A stretch of 41,237 nucleotides of DNA from Dimorphilus gyrociliatus (lineage: Eukaryota > Animalia > Annelida): the NCBI GenBank assembly GCA_904063045.1, contig CAJFCJ010000103.1:29957-71193 (forward strand). The letters run 5' to 3'. Under the pieces are notes generated by a model. It did not search any database and was not told the origin of the DNA. It saw only the letters and a list, made by a program, of their open reading frames with translations. The position numbers and the translations under genes were made by a program. Positions within the stretch are counted from its first letter, which is position 1; every line of letters begins with the position of its first letter. Positions 1 to 10,779 of the stretch are shown here, in pieces.

Positions 1-350
1 TTTTTCAGGCATTACCTTTTCATAGATAATGATCAAGTCTCACTCTATTTTCAATTCATCAACTAATATGTAGAATGAGCCTTTTCAGGTCATATGACTG
101 TTCATTATATTATGACAAACCTCCAAACTGTTTTTTGTTCTAATCGATGGACCAAACACTGACCAATTTTCAGGTTTCCACATGGAATTACATATCCCTA
201 TAATTTCAAAATACAACAGTAGGTCAACAAATTTCTGTTGTTCCAAAGATCAGACTTCAGTCTGCTGGTAATAATGGTAATACAATGATATCCTAAGATC
301 TCTCCATTCTTTTCCTTTCTCCATATATTGTTTGGAATATCTAAACAAAC
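1..350 (-). mobile_element. Decayed MULE (Mutator-like) transposase C-terminal fragment
   Basis: Reverse complement of 12367..12716. It translates to DLLLYFEIIGICNSMWKPENWSVFGPSIRTKNSLEVCHN, matching the MULE W..FG.SIRTNNxxEGWHN motif. Confidence 0.7.
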
Positions 351-572
351 AATCTCAAAGAACATTGAACAATCATGATGTGAATGTCCTTGAATTAGTC
401 CAAGAGGGACTGAAGATCTTGAATGCTGTTTTACACTGAAAATTTCACATACAATTTATCTACCAACTACCCAAGCTGAAATGGGAAATAACAAACTATG
501 ACAGATGAAATCACTATACAATTTGGTGTATGAATATAGAGTGTTATCTAATAAAAAAAGCAAACAACTGAA

Positions 573-3500
573 TCAACTTATGAAGACAAACTGCTTCTTT
601 TTAGCCAGTTGAATTATTCTTTGATTGGAATGTTTTGCCAATTGATTGTTTGACATATTAACTTTAATTATCGTTTGTAATTGCTTTAAAAATTTAAGTA
701 AATCTTCTAAAATGTAATTATCAATTCCAATTGATTGAAAAAACAACAATTCCAATTTGGATGAACTTTGTGTGAGAGATCGTAAAAATTTTTGAAAGGA
801 TTCATTGCCAATTCTGTTGTAGCTTATGTCAAAGAGTCTTAAACAGAATTGCATATTTAGAAAAGTTTGTAGACTTTTGCAAATGATTTCATTCAGATTT
901 GCATTTCTTAATATAATTTCAGTACAATTGATAAATGTACTTGTCATATTTGTAAAAAATAATTTTAAATTGTAAAAATTTACATTCATATTTTGGAAAT
1001 TTAACGCCATTTGTTTTATAATTACTGTACCGTTTGGTGCAGAGTGAATGATACTGCTTTCAATTAAGTTCTTTAATTCTTTAAAGAAACTGGTATTAAT
1101 GTTGAATGGGCAGAATATTTCACTTGTATGAAAGTAGATTAAAGCTAGATTTTTACTCTCTATTGAACATATCTTCCTCAGGGATAGGATGATCTTTTCA
1201 TTATTTTTGTACTTGATTAATATTTCATTGAATTGGTATAGCGTCTTCTTGAGTAGATAGAGAAACATTTTCATATCATCCACATTGTAAATGTTTATGG
1301 GTGAGGTGTTTTCAGACAGATTGATTTCATTCAGAGCTATGAACAGCTGCTTTCTTCCTGGAGATGATGATGGCAAGTCTCTTGAGTTTAATAACTCTTT
1401 TAGGTAGTCTCTTTCTGGAGTGGATGATGATGATGGCCATGATGGTAGTTTAGGATTCAATAACTTTTTCAAGTAGTATCTTTCGATGGATGATAATATG
1501 AATAGTTTACTGGAATTATGAAAAAAATGAAAGATAGCCTGAGGATTATATTTAATAATTCCAGTTGATAAAAGATATCCAATATTTTTTGATGTTAAAC
1601 TGGTAAAGTATTCCACTAAAATATCATTGTTACAATCCATTTGTAATTGGAAATTTCCTCTTTTTTTCATTTCTAAAATTGTTAGAAATTGTTTCATTGC
1701 ACTATCAAAGGCCAAATAACGTTGATTACACTTAAAACCTAAATTCAAAGATACAAGTAAAAAGCACAGAGGATGGGTACAGAATTCTTGAAAACCTTTC
1801 AAACAATGAATTAACATTAAAAATTGTTGTTTAATTGATGAAAGGAAAGATTGACTATTTTCTTTGTAAAAACTGCAAATTTCAATCAAACTTTGTATAT
1901 TTTGTTTTGGTTGAATACCTTCAATCGAAAATATAGAATCAATTGGAATTGATGTTTCGACTAAATTTCTAACAAATATCAACTTTTTTATCTTTTTTGT
2001 GGTGTCTTCTTCAAAGATTTTGTATATTTCATTATTTGAATTATTTATATATTCTTCATTGTCGTCTATCAGTATTATTAGTTTTTCTGGATTACTTTCT
2101 ATAAAGTTTTCTAATTTCTCCTGTATTTTGTGGAGATTTTCTTTTTCATTTTTGTAATTTGATAAGAGAAGATGTTGTAGTAGAGATTTTTTATCTGATA
2201 TCTTCTCTTCCTTTCCATTGAATGAGAGTTTTAATAGTAGATAATTTTGCAGTATCTCCTCAATCGACCATAAATATAGCAGTCTATTTAACAATGTTGT
2301 TTTACCAATTTGTGCAGATCCTACTATACAATTATTTACCGCTGAACCAGCAATACATTTCAAAAATTCAACATCAACTAGACGCTTAGATGATTTGTAT
2401 AGATTAGGCTTAACTTGCAATAGATTTAATGGCATGTACAATTGATTAAAGAATTGAGCACATTTTAGTTGAATAATGTTTCGTGAAATGATTTTTGTTT
2501 GTAATGTTTCGCTGTGTAAATATTTTATTTCCTTCAGAAATTTTATACTGTCTAAATATTGAATATGACAGTTAGATGTTATTTCTAAAAGTTCATTCCA
2601 TTCTGTTAAATGTAGATTTTCACCAAATGTAAACTTGAATGTTTCATTTTCAACAGTTTTCAACATTTTCATTTTAGCTTCAACAATCCATGGAAAAAAT
2701 TTTAAATCGTAAAAACTCTTTGAACTGATTATTTTGATTAGCTGCTTAAAAATTAGCCATCTTATTTTAGGGTCAAAGTTCAAGTTAAGATCTTTCAAAT
2801 TCGGACATTCAATTAGAAATCTAACAATATTGTCTATATCTTTTTCAATAATATGACCCGACAAGTGGAGTACTCTTAAAGACAATGAGGAATTGATCAA
2901 ATGTTCAAAAATATCTGAAAACAATTGTCCACTCTTATTATCTTCTTTCAATGAATCGCTCTCTTCAATTGACCTTGTGCCAAAAGTTATATAGACTTCT
3001 TCAAGATAGTAACAATACTCGAATAGTTGACACAACTCAGTACAACATTTGTCACTTATTTCGCAATTGTTGATATTTAAAATTTTTAAATTGTTATGAG
3101 AATGAAGAAGAGAAGTGAAAATTTTACTCAAACTATTAGAAATATCCCCATTATTGCCAATATCAATTTCATTTATATTTTGACATTTCTCTAGCAATTT
3201 GGCTAAATAATCTCCATCGGTGTCATTCAAATTGCATGAATTGAATTTCAAAGATTGAAGTGGTGAACAACAGAAACTCAACTTCGATAAACAATGATTT
3301 TTATCATTGTTATAATCTTCTTGTTTGAATAGATTCTCATTAAAACTCATATCCAAGTAATGTAAAGATCTGCAATACATGAAGAGTTGACTTAATTGCT
3401 GTGCCTTCTCCTTTTCAGAAAATTTACATGATCTCATAATCAAAAAATGAAGAAAAGGAGCACATGATTTTGCAATTGAAGATATTATGATATCCATACA

Positions 3501-6500
3501 AAATTCATTATAGCTCAAATTCAAGTATTTCAATTTCCTAAAAGCAATAAAGAAATTCTTCATCTTCTCCAAAGCATGATTTCGAAAATCTTCTAACAGT
3601 AATTCTTTAAATTTTTTAACATCTTCATTTTCTGATGATAACGACACTTCCAATAGACATTTTTTGAAATGATTCAATCTATCATCATCATCATCCTTTT
3701 CCAAACTATAGATTCTTTGTAAATCTTTTGAAAGATTTTCAAATAATTTTTTGACGTCACGACATACGAATTGTTGACAATCTAAGTATTCAATTTCCAA
3801 ATGAGGTATTTTCTTAAGAATATTGATAAAAGTATTTAAATCTTGATTTTCCTGAAATTCTGATGTAACGCACTTTTTCAATACATGAAAATTTGATAAG
3901 GATAAATCTTTTAAAAGATAATCTTGAATATCTCTATCCTTGATGTCTTTGATATTTCTTATATTACAATTTGAAATATCTAGATAGAGCAAGTTAATTT
4001 GATTTGGTGTTATGTTTGAATAGAGAATTTCAAAATGTCTACCAACCTCTTCATTTCCACTCAAAATGATACTTTGAATATTCGATAATGTTTTAAAAAG
4101 TTTCCACAATGCTTTTAAACTTTTTCTTGATAGATTACAATTCGAAACATTTAATTTTAAAAGCGTCTTTTTAGACGCTGATTTTGAAAGACCTTTAAAT
4201 ATTTTGCACATTTTTTTCTCATTAATTTCAATATTATCCTGTAACCATAAAACTTTCAAACATTGACTTTTAAGAAGAAATTTACTCAGTTCATTAATTT
4301 CGCTAATTTTTAATTTGCAATCATTAATCTTTAAAATTTTTAATGTTTTTGTTGAAGATTCAATTAAAGATTCGAATAATTTTGAACAAGTATTTTCATT
4401 AATTTCATTTCCGCTTAGAATTAAATTTTCTAATTTTAATGTTCTTTTTATGAAATATTCACAAAAAAAATTAAAGTTGTTGTTATTAAGTTTACAATAA
4501 CTTAAATTGATAGTTTTTAAACATTTCAAAGATTTCATTACACTTTTAAAAACTTTTTCAAATTGTCCACAAAATTGAGTAGTGTAGGATAAATCAACTT
4601 CTGTTAGAAAATGTAGTCTTTTCATCAAATTAATCAGACTTTTATACTGATAATGGTGATTTAAATGACATTTTGATAAATTGATATTTTTCAATTGTTC
4701 ACTCCTCAATTCAAATATTTTCAAATATTCAAAGTCTAGACAAACTATTCCAGATATATGTAAACATTCCAATTGGTTCAATTCCTTAATCATGTGACTC
4801 AGAATATGACAGCCATCTTTATTTAGGTAGCAATTTTCAATTGAAAATTCTTTGATATTATTTTTAATTGAATTGAAACCATACCAAAGAATTTGCATTG
4901 ATGTATCAAGAAATTTGACATCAATGAATTTAATCGACTCTAAACCATTTAACGACGCAAAACAAGTTGATAAAATTGAACTGATGTTATCGTTGATGAT
5001 GACATTTTTCAAATGGAAATATTTCAATTGTTGATATGAATTCTTCATAAAATTTTGAAATACTTGTAAAAATCCAGTCATATTAAAGTTTGTCATTGAA
5101 ATCTTATGTATAGTATTGTTTTTTAATAGATAGGCCATTGAAACTTTAGATTTATCAATCTCATCATTTAGATAGTTCTCTTCTTTCTCTTCTTCGCTGC
5201 TTTCCATATATTTGAGAAAGAATTTATTCTTCTCTTCAAAGGACGCTCCTGGATGGTATGGAATTTCGGAAAATGTTATTAAATTCTTGCCCATGGCGTT
5301 CTTGATGTACTTAAGCGGTTTTTTCAAATTGTGTTTTTCTCTTTCATTTTTGGTTGGAATAATTTGAAACATTTCACCATCATTATTGGAATTAAGGAGA
5401 ATCTTGGGTGAATTGTCTATCTTTACAATTGATATTTCATTCAGTTTTTCATCGTCCTTGTTCTCTTTTTCTCTATCAGGAAGTGATGAAGGATTAGGAT
5501 TGAAAGACATCATATAACTATCTGGAAAATCCTTGTAAATTGAAGAGTAATTTCTCATTGTAACATTACTGTTATCTGTCTTATTAAATGCGAAATTATT
5601 ATTGGAGATGTGCTTGTTACAACAATCAAAAAACTGTTTATAAATCTCTAAAATCTCACAATTTAAAATATTAACTTTTTTTGAAAGTTTACATTTTTCA
5701 ATTATCTCAAAAAATTCTTTACAAAATTCAATTGTTAATATTTTGTTATTAATTGTCATGAACTCTAAAGTTTCTATATCTCTTATCATTTTTACAAATC
5801 CAGTTGTTATCTTATCTCTATTACAGATACTATCGTAGTATAGGCCTATTATTTTTTGTCCTGAATATTCTAAGTCGAATCTTAAGCCATATTTTTCTTT
5901 GACATTTGTTAAGAGGATTGTACGAGTAATTGAATTGTTATCTTTATCTGATAACTTACTTTCGCTCACTTCAACACTATATTTTTTAATTTCTTTCGTT
6001 GTTGATAGAGTTTTATAAATCACATTTTTCAACTTTTTCAACTGTAATACGGATATGAGTAGTTTATGAATATTCATTTCCAAATTATAATGATCAATTT
6101 CGTCATCTTTAAAAATTATTTGTTCCAAATGTTGACAAATATTTATTCTTTCAAAAAAGCCTTTTCTTCCGCAATCTTTCTCTTCTTCTCTAAATTCACA
6201 TTTCGTTAGTCTTAAACTCTCTAATCTACAATGAAACCTTCTAAAGATAATTCCAGATTTATAAGCGTTTAAATTCTCTTCTGTTATAGAAAGTTTTTTT
6301 GGATTATCATTACCAAGGATCAACTCTTTTAGCTTTTTATCATTAAACATTCTATACTTCATGGCTGATTTATCTAATAGTTCCATATAGGTGTCAAAAC
6401 AGTATTTTTCCAAAAATGATAGGATATTATAAATCTTTGGATTTTCAGTTTTTTCAATAACTTTTAAAATATTATAAGTGATGTCTACTCCTTGATCGCC

Positions 6501-7898
6501 CTCCGTAGCCTTTTTCCAATTAGTAAATTGTATTTTTAAATGTTTTGTTGAAAAGTATTCAACTATGAAATTTGAATCAAATTGTAATTTATATTCCACA
6601 GCTTCCGGTGTAGAATTTGGGTCAATAATTTTACAGATAACATTGGAATAACAGTTGACTATTTCGTCTAGTCTGTCAAATTCTTGAATTGGTTCGTTTT
6701 CTTCTCCTATCATATTATTGAAACAAGTGTGAAAGAAATTTTCTTCCGATTTTGTTGGCTCCAAACTATTTCCATATTTAAATATCTGATCTAAAACAGA
6801 ATATGGCGTTTTGTCATTAAACTCTTCTCTCTTCTCTCTCCAGAGGATTGATATTATCATAGCAATCTTTGGAATTCTACTCAATTTTTTTAATTCTGTA
6901 TTGAATTTTAACAATTCGTCACTTTCCTCCTTTAGTATTTTTCTGTAGAATTTTTTAATTTGTTTTTTGTCGAATTTCAACAGTTCATAGATGGCAGTCG
7001 CATTGGCTTTTAAATCAAAATCCCGTAGACTTTCCAACCAAACTATCGTTTTATTTGGATATTTATTTCTTAGTAGATATTTCCTTAAAAAATACTTTTG
7101 CAATTGGCATTCCTTATCCAAATCTATAAGAAGGATTATTCCAGAATTCTCTTGTTCCAATAGACTTTCTAAAGCTTTTTCGCTAATGTAATTAAACATT
7201 TCTCTATTAAAATTTTGCTTTTTTACAACTGTTGCCAACTTTTTGTCGCTTTCCTCTATTTTACTAACATCAACAGAGAGCAATAGTTTGTTTTGATTAG
7301 TGACACCATTAGACCAATTCCAGATGACTTGTTGACGTTGAAGAGTCTTACCCAACCCAGATTTTCCTGTTATTAACCATTTATTAGTCTTTTCTTCATT
7401 CTCGTCAAATATCCTCTCAAAAACTTTATCCTCTTCAAACTCGTCCTCTGAATTATTAAGCTTATTCAACATTTTTAAAGGTATTCTAAAACTGTTCAAT
7501 TCTTCTTTTTTGTGTTGATCATTCTCTAAAATTGGAACCTTTGAAAGTTCTTCTCTTCTCTTTTCTTTAACATTTTCTATTAGATTTTGCCAAAATTCGT
7601 CTTTCTTAGTCTCAGTAAATTGTTTAGCAATTGTATTTGATTGCTGAGTTTTTTGAATATTTAAAAGTGCTCTCAAAGAGATATTTGAATTGAAAATTGT
7701 GTTTATAACTGAATCTATTACATTCGATTTTTTGTTTGCATTATTATAGTCGTTTAAATAGTCATTACCTTGATCATTATTATAGACATTCTCCTGAATG
7801 AGATAGGCAATAGTATAAGTGAAATTGGCGTCATCTTCCAGCAAGTCCGTTAGTTCCCTGTTGTACAAATTCATCAATAATCTGTCAAGAGCATCCAT
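573..7898 (-). CDS. Intronless NLR-like protein, 2441 aa: putative death-fold/CARD, NACHT1, long RI-type LRR region, NACHT2, short LRR tail
   Basis: Uninterrupted 7.3 kb ORF. Walker A GKSGLGKT at aa 178 (7344..7367) with Walker B-like IILLIDLDKE. Second Walker A GSAQIGKT at aa 1860 (2298..2321) with KLIILIDDNEE. Many LxxLxLSxNxL / LxLxxCxL repeats between and after the two modules. In-frame TGA at 7917..7919 lies upstream of the ATG. Confidence 0.9.
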   Translation of the reverse strand: MDALDRLLMNLYNRELTDLLEDDANFTYTIAYLIQENVYNNDQGNDYLNDYNNANKKSNVIDSVINTIFNSNISLRALLNIQKTQQSNTIAKQFTETKKDEFWQNLIENVKEKRREELSKVPILENDQHKKEELNSFRIPLKMLNKLNNSEDEFEEDKVFERIFDENEEKTNKWLITGKSGLGKTLQRQQVIWNWSNGVTNQNKLLLSVDVSKIEESDKKLATVVKKQNFNREMFNYISEKALESLLEQENSGIILLIDLDKECQLQKYFLRKYLLRNKYPNKTIVWLESLRDFDLKANATAIYELLKFDKKQIKKFYRKILKEESDELLKFNTELKKLSRIPKIAMIISILWREKREEFNDKTPYSVLDQIFKYGNSLEPTKSEENFFHTCFNNMIGEENEPIQEFDRLDEIVNCYSNVICKIIDPNSTPEAVEYKLQFDSNFIVEYFSTKHLKIQFTNWKKATEGDQGVDITYNILKVIEKTENPKIYNILSFLEKYCFDTYMELLDKSAMKYRMFNDKKLKELILGNDNPKKLSITEENLNAYKSGIIFRRFHCRLESLRLTKCEFREEEKDCGRKGFFERINICQHLEQIIFKDDEIDHYNLEMNIHKLLISVLQLKKLKNVIYKTLSTTKEIKKYSVEVSESKLSDKDNNSITRTILLTNVKEKYGLRFDLEYSGQKIIGLYYDSICNRDKITTGFVKMIRDIETLEFMTINNKILTIEFCKEFFEIIEKCKLSKKVNILNCEILEIYKQFFDCCNKHISNNNFAFNKTDNSNVTMRNYSSIYKDFPDSYMMSFNPNPSSLPDREKENKDDEKLNEISIVKIDNSPKILLNSNNDGEMFQIIPTKNEREKHNLKKPLKYIKNAMGKNLITFSEIPYHPGASFEEKNKFFLKYMESSEEEKEENYLNDEIDKSKVSMAYLLKNNTIHKISMTNFNMTGFLQVFQNFMKNSYQQLKYFHLKNVIINDNISSILSTCFASLNGLESIKFIDVKFLDTSMQILWYGFNSIKNNIKEFSIENCYLNKDGCHILSHMIKELNQLECLHISGIVCLDFEYLKIFELRSEQLKNINLSKCHLNHHYQYKSLINLMKRLHFLTEVDLSYTTQFCGQFEKVFKSVMKSLKCLKTINLSYCKLNNNNFNFFCEYFIKRTLKLENLILSGNEINENTCSKLFESLIESSTKTLKILKINDCKLKISEINELSKFLLKSQCLKVLWLQDNIEINEKKMCKIFKGLSKSASKKTLLKLNVSNCNLSRKSLKALWKLFKTLSNIQSIILSGNEEVGRHFEILYSNITPNQINLLYLDISNCNIRNIKDIKDRDIQDYLLKDLSLSNFHVLKKCVTSEFQENQDLNTFINILKKIPHLEIEYLDCQQFVCRDVKKLFENLSKDLQRIYSLEKDDDDDRLNHFKKCLLEVSLSSENEDVKKFKELLLEDFRNHALEKMKNFFIAFRKLKYLNLSYNEFCMDIIISSIAKSCAPFLHFLIMRSCKFSEKEKAQQLSQLFMYCRSLHYLDMSFNENLFKQEDYNNDKNHCLSKLSFCCSPLQSLKFNSCNLNDTDGDYLAKLLEKCQNINEIDIGNNGDISNSLSKIFTSLLHSHNNLKILNINNCEISDKCCTELCQLFEYCYYLEEVYITFGTRSIEESDSLKEDNKSGQLFSDIFEHLINSSLSLRVLHLSGHIIEKDIDNIVRFLIECPNLKDLNLNFDPKIRWLIFKQLIKIISSKSFYDLKFFPWIVEAKMKMLKTVENETFKFTFGENLHLTEWNELLEITSNCHIQYLDSIKFLKEIKYLHSETLQTKIISRNIIQLKCAQFFNQLYMPLNLLQVKPNLYKSSKRLVDVEFLKCIAGSAVNNCIVGSAQIGKTTLLNRLLYLWSIEEILQNYLLLKLSFNGKEEKISDKKSLLQHLLLSNYKNEKENLHKIQEKLENFIESNPEKLIILIDDNEEYINNSNNEIYKIFEEDTTKKIKKLIFVRNLVETSIPIDSIFSIEGIQPKQNIQSLIEICSFYKENSQSFLSSIKQQFLMLIHCLKGFQEFCTHPLCFLLVSLNLGFKCNQRYLAFDSAMKQFLTILEMKKRGNFQLQMDCNNDILVEYFTSLTSKNIGYLLSTGIIKYNPQAIFHFFHNSSKLFILSSIERYYLKKLLNPKLPSWPSSSSTPERDYLKELLNSRDLPSSSPGRKQLFIALNEINLSENTSPINIYNVDDMKMFLYLLKKTLYQFNEILIKYKNNEKIILSLRKICSIESKNLALIYFHTSEIFCPFNINTSFFKELKNLIESSIIHSAPNGTVIIKQMALNFQNMNVNFYNLKLFFTNMTSTFINCTEIILRNANLNEIICKSLQTFLNMQFCLRLFDISYNRIGNESFQKFLRSLTQSSSKLELLFFQSIGIDNYILEDLLKFLKQLQTIIKVNMSNNQLAKHSNQRIIQLAKKKQFVFIS
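1357..1484 (-). repeat. In-frame 69-bp (23-aa) tandem duplication, Ser/Pro-rich
   Basis: ERYYLKKLLNPKLPSWPSSSSTP followed by ERDYLKELLNSRDLPSSSPGRK. In the right arm the units start at 11233 and 11302. Confidence 0.85.
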
Positions 7899-8239
7899 AG
7901 TTTCTTCCCACTTTTTTCACGTATGCAATTTCTTTTCAACCACCCAACCTGTTAATGAAACGTAGACAACTGCTTACGGATGCTCTCTAGACTAATATTG
8001 ATAATTGTACAATGCTCTCAAGATTTTATATCATTAGTAAAGCGAAAATAAAAATTAGAAATTCCCAAATCAATAAATCAAGCGGTAGAAAAGACAAGAC
8101 TAATATTTGACAAAACGTTAAAGTTTTGGATCAATTCCAACTTGTCACTTTGAATGGTTAAATTGTCCTTTTATACATTAGTAATATTTATATGTGACTA
8201 TAGCTAAACTTTTCCTTTACTTTTTTAACTTCTGTTTTT

Positions 8240-8525
8240 ACTGTTTTTTCTTCCTTGGATGACACTTTGTGAAATACTCCAAAACATGGCACCATTAGCT
8301 ACACTATTATAATTTGTGAATTTTCTTAAGGCCTGTATCTACATGCAATTCATTTAAATTCTTCCCTTCTGTTACCCTTTCCTTGTTTCTTTTAAGCCTC
8401 TTCACAATCCTACACATTCTTGCTACATCCCTCTCTGTGAGTCTCTTTGGACAACCCCTGTTCTCTTGTTGGGGTGGCTTATATCTTAAAATATCACTTA
8501 AGGATTGTAAGGACATTTTATACAT
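8240..8525 (-). mobile_element. Tc1-like transposase remnant
   Basis: RGCPKRLTERDVARMCRIVK resembles the Tc1 GRPRKLT.RD.R.I.R.V motif. NGAMFWSIS (8270..8296) resembles the SVMFWGCIS motif. The frame is broken. Confidence 0.55.
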
Positions 8526-9341
8526 TTATCAGTTTTCTTGTTCAATGTATATCCCAAAGTGCATTGTTGGCAATTTGTACTATTTGTACATTTTTGGCAT
8601 AAATTAAGACATTCTGGGTTAAGAATTTCCTAAATTGATAACTAATCAGCAGAATAAACAAAAAAAGTATTTAAAAAGATTAACATAACATTATTATTTG
8701 TAGACAATTCGCTGGGAAAACCAGTTAATCTTTATAAGAAAAGGAAGAAAAAATTGAGCTATGATGACTTCGCTGTTAATTAAAGAAGGCAAAGGTGAGA
8801 TCAACATAAAATAGTACTAAGTGGGATATTTAAAGACAACATTTTGGGATAAGAAATGGTTAGGAGGAAAAAAATACCTATTAATTTGTATTTAGGTCCA
8901 TCCCAATCTAAGGTTTAGCTATACTAAAAAAGATTAGAGATGTACAGAGGATGGCTTAGTGTGAGGGTAAGAATATGTATATTTCTCTCGCATCTGCAAA
9001 GACTGGTGAAATGCTCAGGTGCTGTCGGAAGAATATTACTATGGGTAAGTCTTTGGCTGCTAACGATGAGCTAGGTTTTCCAATTCCTGTTTATTGTGAC
9101 TGACCAAAATTAAATGTCATCATTCTCTTTGTTACTATCTTTGTATAATTATAGTTCAAGGTAGCTTTAGATTTAGGAATTGTCTCTTTTTTGTGTATAG
9201 AGATGTATGATGAGTTTGATTGCACTTTTTGATACAGAATTTCGATTAAAAATTTTCAAGTACATGTCCTCCATTCCGACAGTTCGGGTATCTATACAAT
9301 AATTGGACCAACCTTTTTGTCTTCCCTTTAAATCAGAACTA

Positions 9342-9611
9342 CTACGTTTGTTTCTGTAGTCCTCCGTAGATAAGAACCCTCTTCGAGAGCTTTGATGATT
9401 CCTGCAATATATTATACCAATCTGTTAAAATCAGATCGATATGACTCCAGATATTTACTGGAAGCCTGTCAGTGTATTGTTCAAGTTTGTCAAACTGTGA
9501 GTGTCGTTTGTAATTCAGAATATTAAAAAACATAAAAAGTTTTTTGAATTCAACCCAATTTGCTACAATGCTAGGTTGAAACGGTGTTGTTTTATAGAGA
9601 ATTCGTTCCAC
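9342..9611 (-). mobile_element. Possible decayed gag-like fragment of an LTR retroelement
   Basis: PFQPSIVANW...QFDKL...LP...IDLILTDWYNIL loosely resembles Gypsy gag N-termini. No LTR or pol was recognised. Confidence 0.3.
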
Positions 9612-9918
9612 AACAATCCCCTCTCGTAGTGAAGTATCCCCATAAGCACTCTCTAGAGTCTATAATAGATTTACAAAGTTATCTTCATCACCACTTATAT
9701 CGTAATATTCACGGGAATCATCATCTTCCGCTATCTAACGTTTTATATTTATAATATCTGTTTGACAATACTAATAAGAGAATCAATCATAGTGATAAAT
9801 ACAGTATTAAACAAGAAAATAAAGTTTTTCAGTCTGATTTCATCGATTTGAAAAAAACTGAACAAAATTAGTATTTATCTAAGCTATTTTGAAATTGATA
9901 TTTTTTTGATCATTAAGA

Positions 9919-10193
9919 ATGTACACATACATTCATCAGCTATGCTCTTCAATAGATAAGTAGTATTGAATCAGTATTGTACTGTGCAGATAGCACTCAT
10001 AGAAATAAGTAGTATTGACCTAGTTTCACATAGGGCAATGCATATACAGTGTATACACAACACTGTTCTATATAGCATGCATTAATCAGATATACTTCCT
10101 CCTTATACACTGACATAAATGATTGCAAAAGAAAGATTACAGTTGTGACTAACCAGAAATTCCTACAAAATTACAATACAACAAATTATAAAG
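9919..10193. repeat. Interspersed repeat family R, internally deleted copy, opposite orientation to 19621..20553
   Basis: 9919..10113 matches the reverse complement of 20420..20553 and 20184..20248. 10116..10193 matches the reverse complement of the 19621..19700 module (gattacagttgtgac.aaccagaaattcctaca). Confidence 0.85.
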
Positions 10194-10325
10194 AATATCT
10201 TTAGATAATCATCTGCATTTGAACTGATATAAAATATCTTTTGAATGTTAAAATTGTGATTCAAAAATTTATGAAGAACAAAAGTTAATTGTCAGGGAAA
10301 ATGATTACAAACATCAAAAGAAAAA

Positions 10326-10532
10326 GGATACGACAGAAAACGTCCACAAATTGGTGCTTTTACCCTAACCCTAACCCAGCCCTTAGCTGTACCTAACCTT
10401 TAGCATTAGCCTTAACCCTTAGAGGAGACCCTCCTAAGTACAAATCAGTTGCTGTTTTCTTTTGCCTAACCATTTCTCAATCCAAACTTTTGTCTTGAAA
10501 TTTCTCATTTGTGGACGTTTTCTGTCGACCCC
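10326..10532. mobile_element. MITE-like element with 21-bp perfect TIRs and internal (CCCTAA)n-like repeats
   Basis: cgacagaaaacgtccacaaat (10331..10351) and its exact reverse complement (10507..10527), with imperfect outward extension. Internal accctaaccctaaccc at about 10362. Confidence 0.8.
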
Positions 10533-10779
10533 CTTTTCAATATTTACACTATCTGATCAAAAATATAAACATATAAAGTAACCTGCATAAAAATTGGAAC
10601 ATCATATATTTTGATAGGTTAAACATTAAAAATCTTTTTCACAAAGAAAAAAGATTTCGTTTCTATTTTTTCTGTCTTAAATATTAGATTAAACATAGAT
10701 ATATAAATGAACATCTTCTAAATAGAATTTAAGTAAATTTTTATATAATTTTCTTGGTTTTATATTATATATTGTTTTA

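Larger units (their letters stand above)
1..1874. repeat. Left arm of a long inverted duplication (partner 10843..12716); runs to the window edge
   Basis: Position x pairs with 12717-x at every point checked (1-120, 361-420, stop 573/12144, 1861-1874). The encoded 433 C-terminal residues are identical. The match breaks at 1875/10842. Confidence 0.95.

Noticed and set aside
4315-7191. Short + strand ORFs (4315, 4852, 6991) antisense to the NLR
   Set aside because: Shadow ORFs with TTG or weak starts and no motifs. The same applies to antisense ORFs at 14669, 14967, 24437, 28227-30110, 31750-34236 and 37950.
10360-10420. Interstitial telomere or chromosome-fusion site
   Set aside because: Only about 2.5 perfect CCCTAA units, enclosed by TIRs, so it is better explained as part of a MITE.
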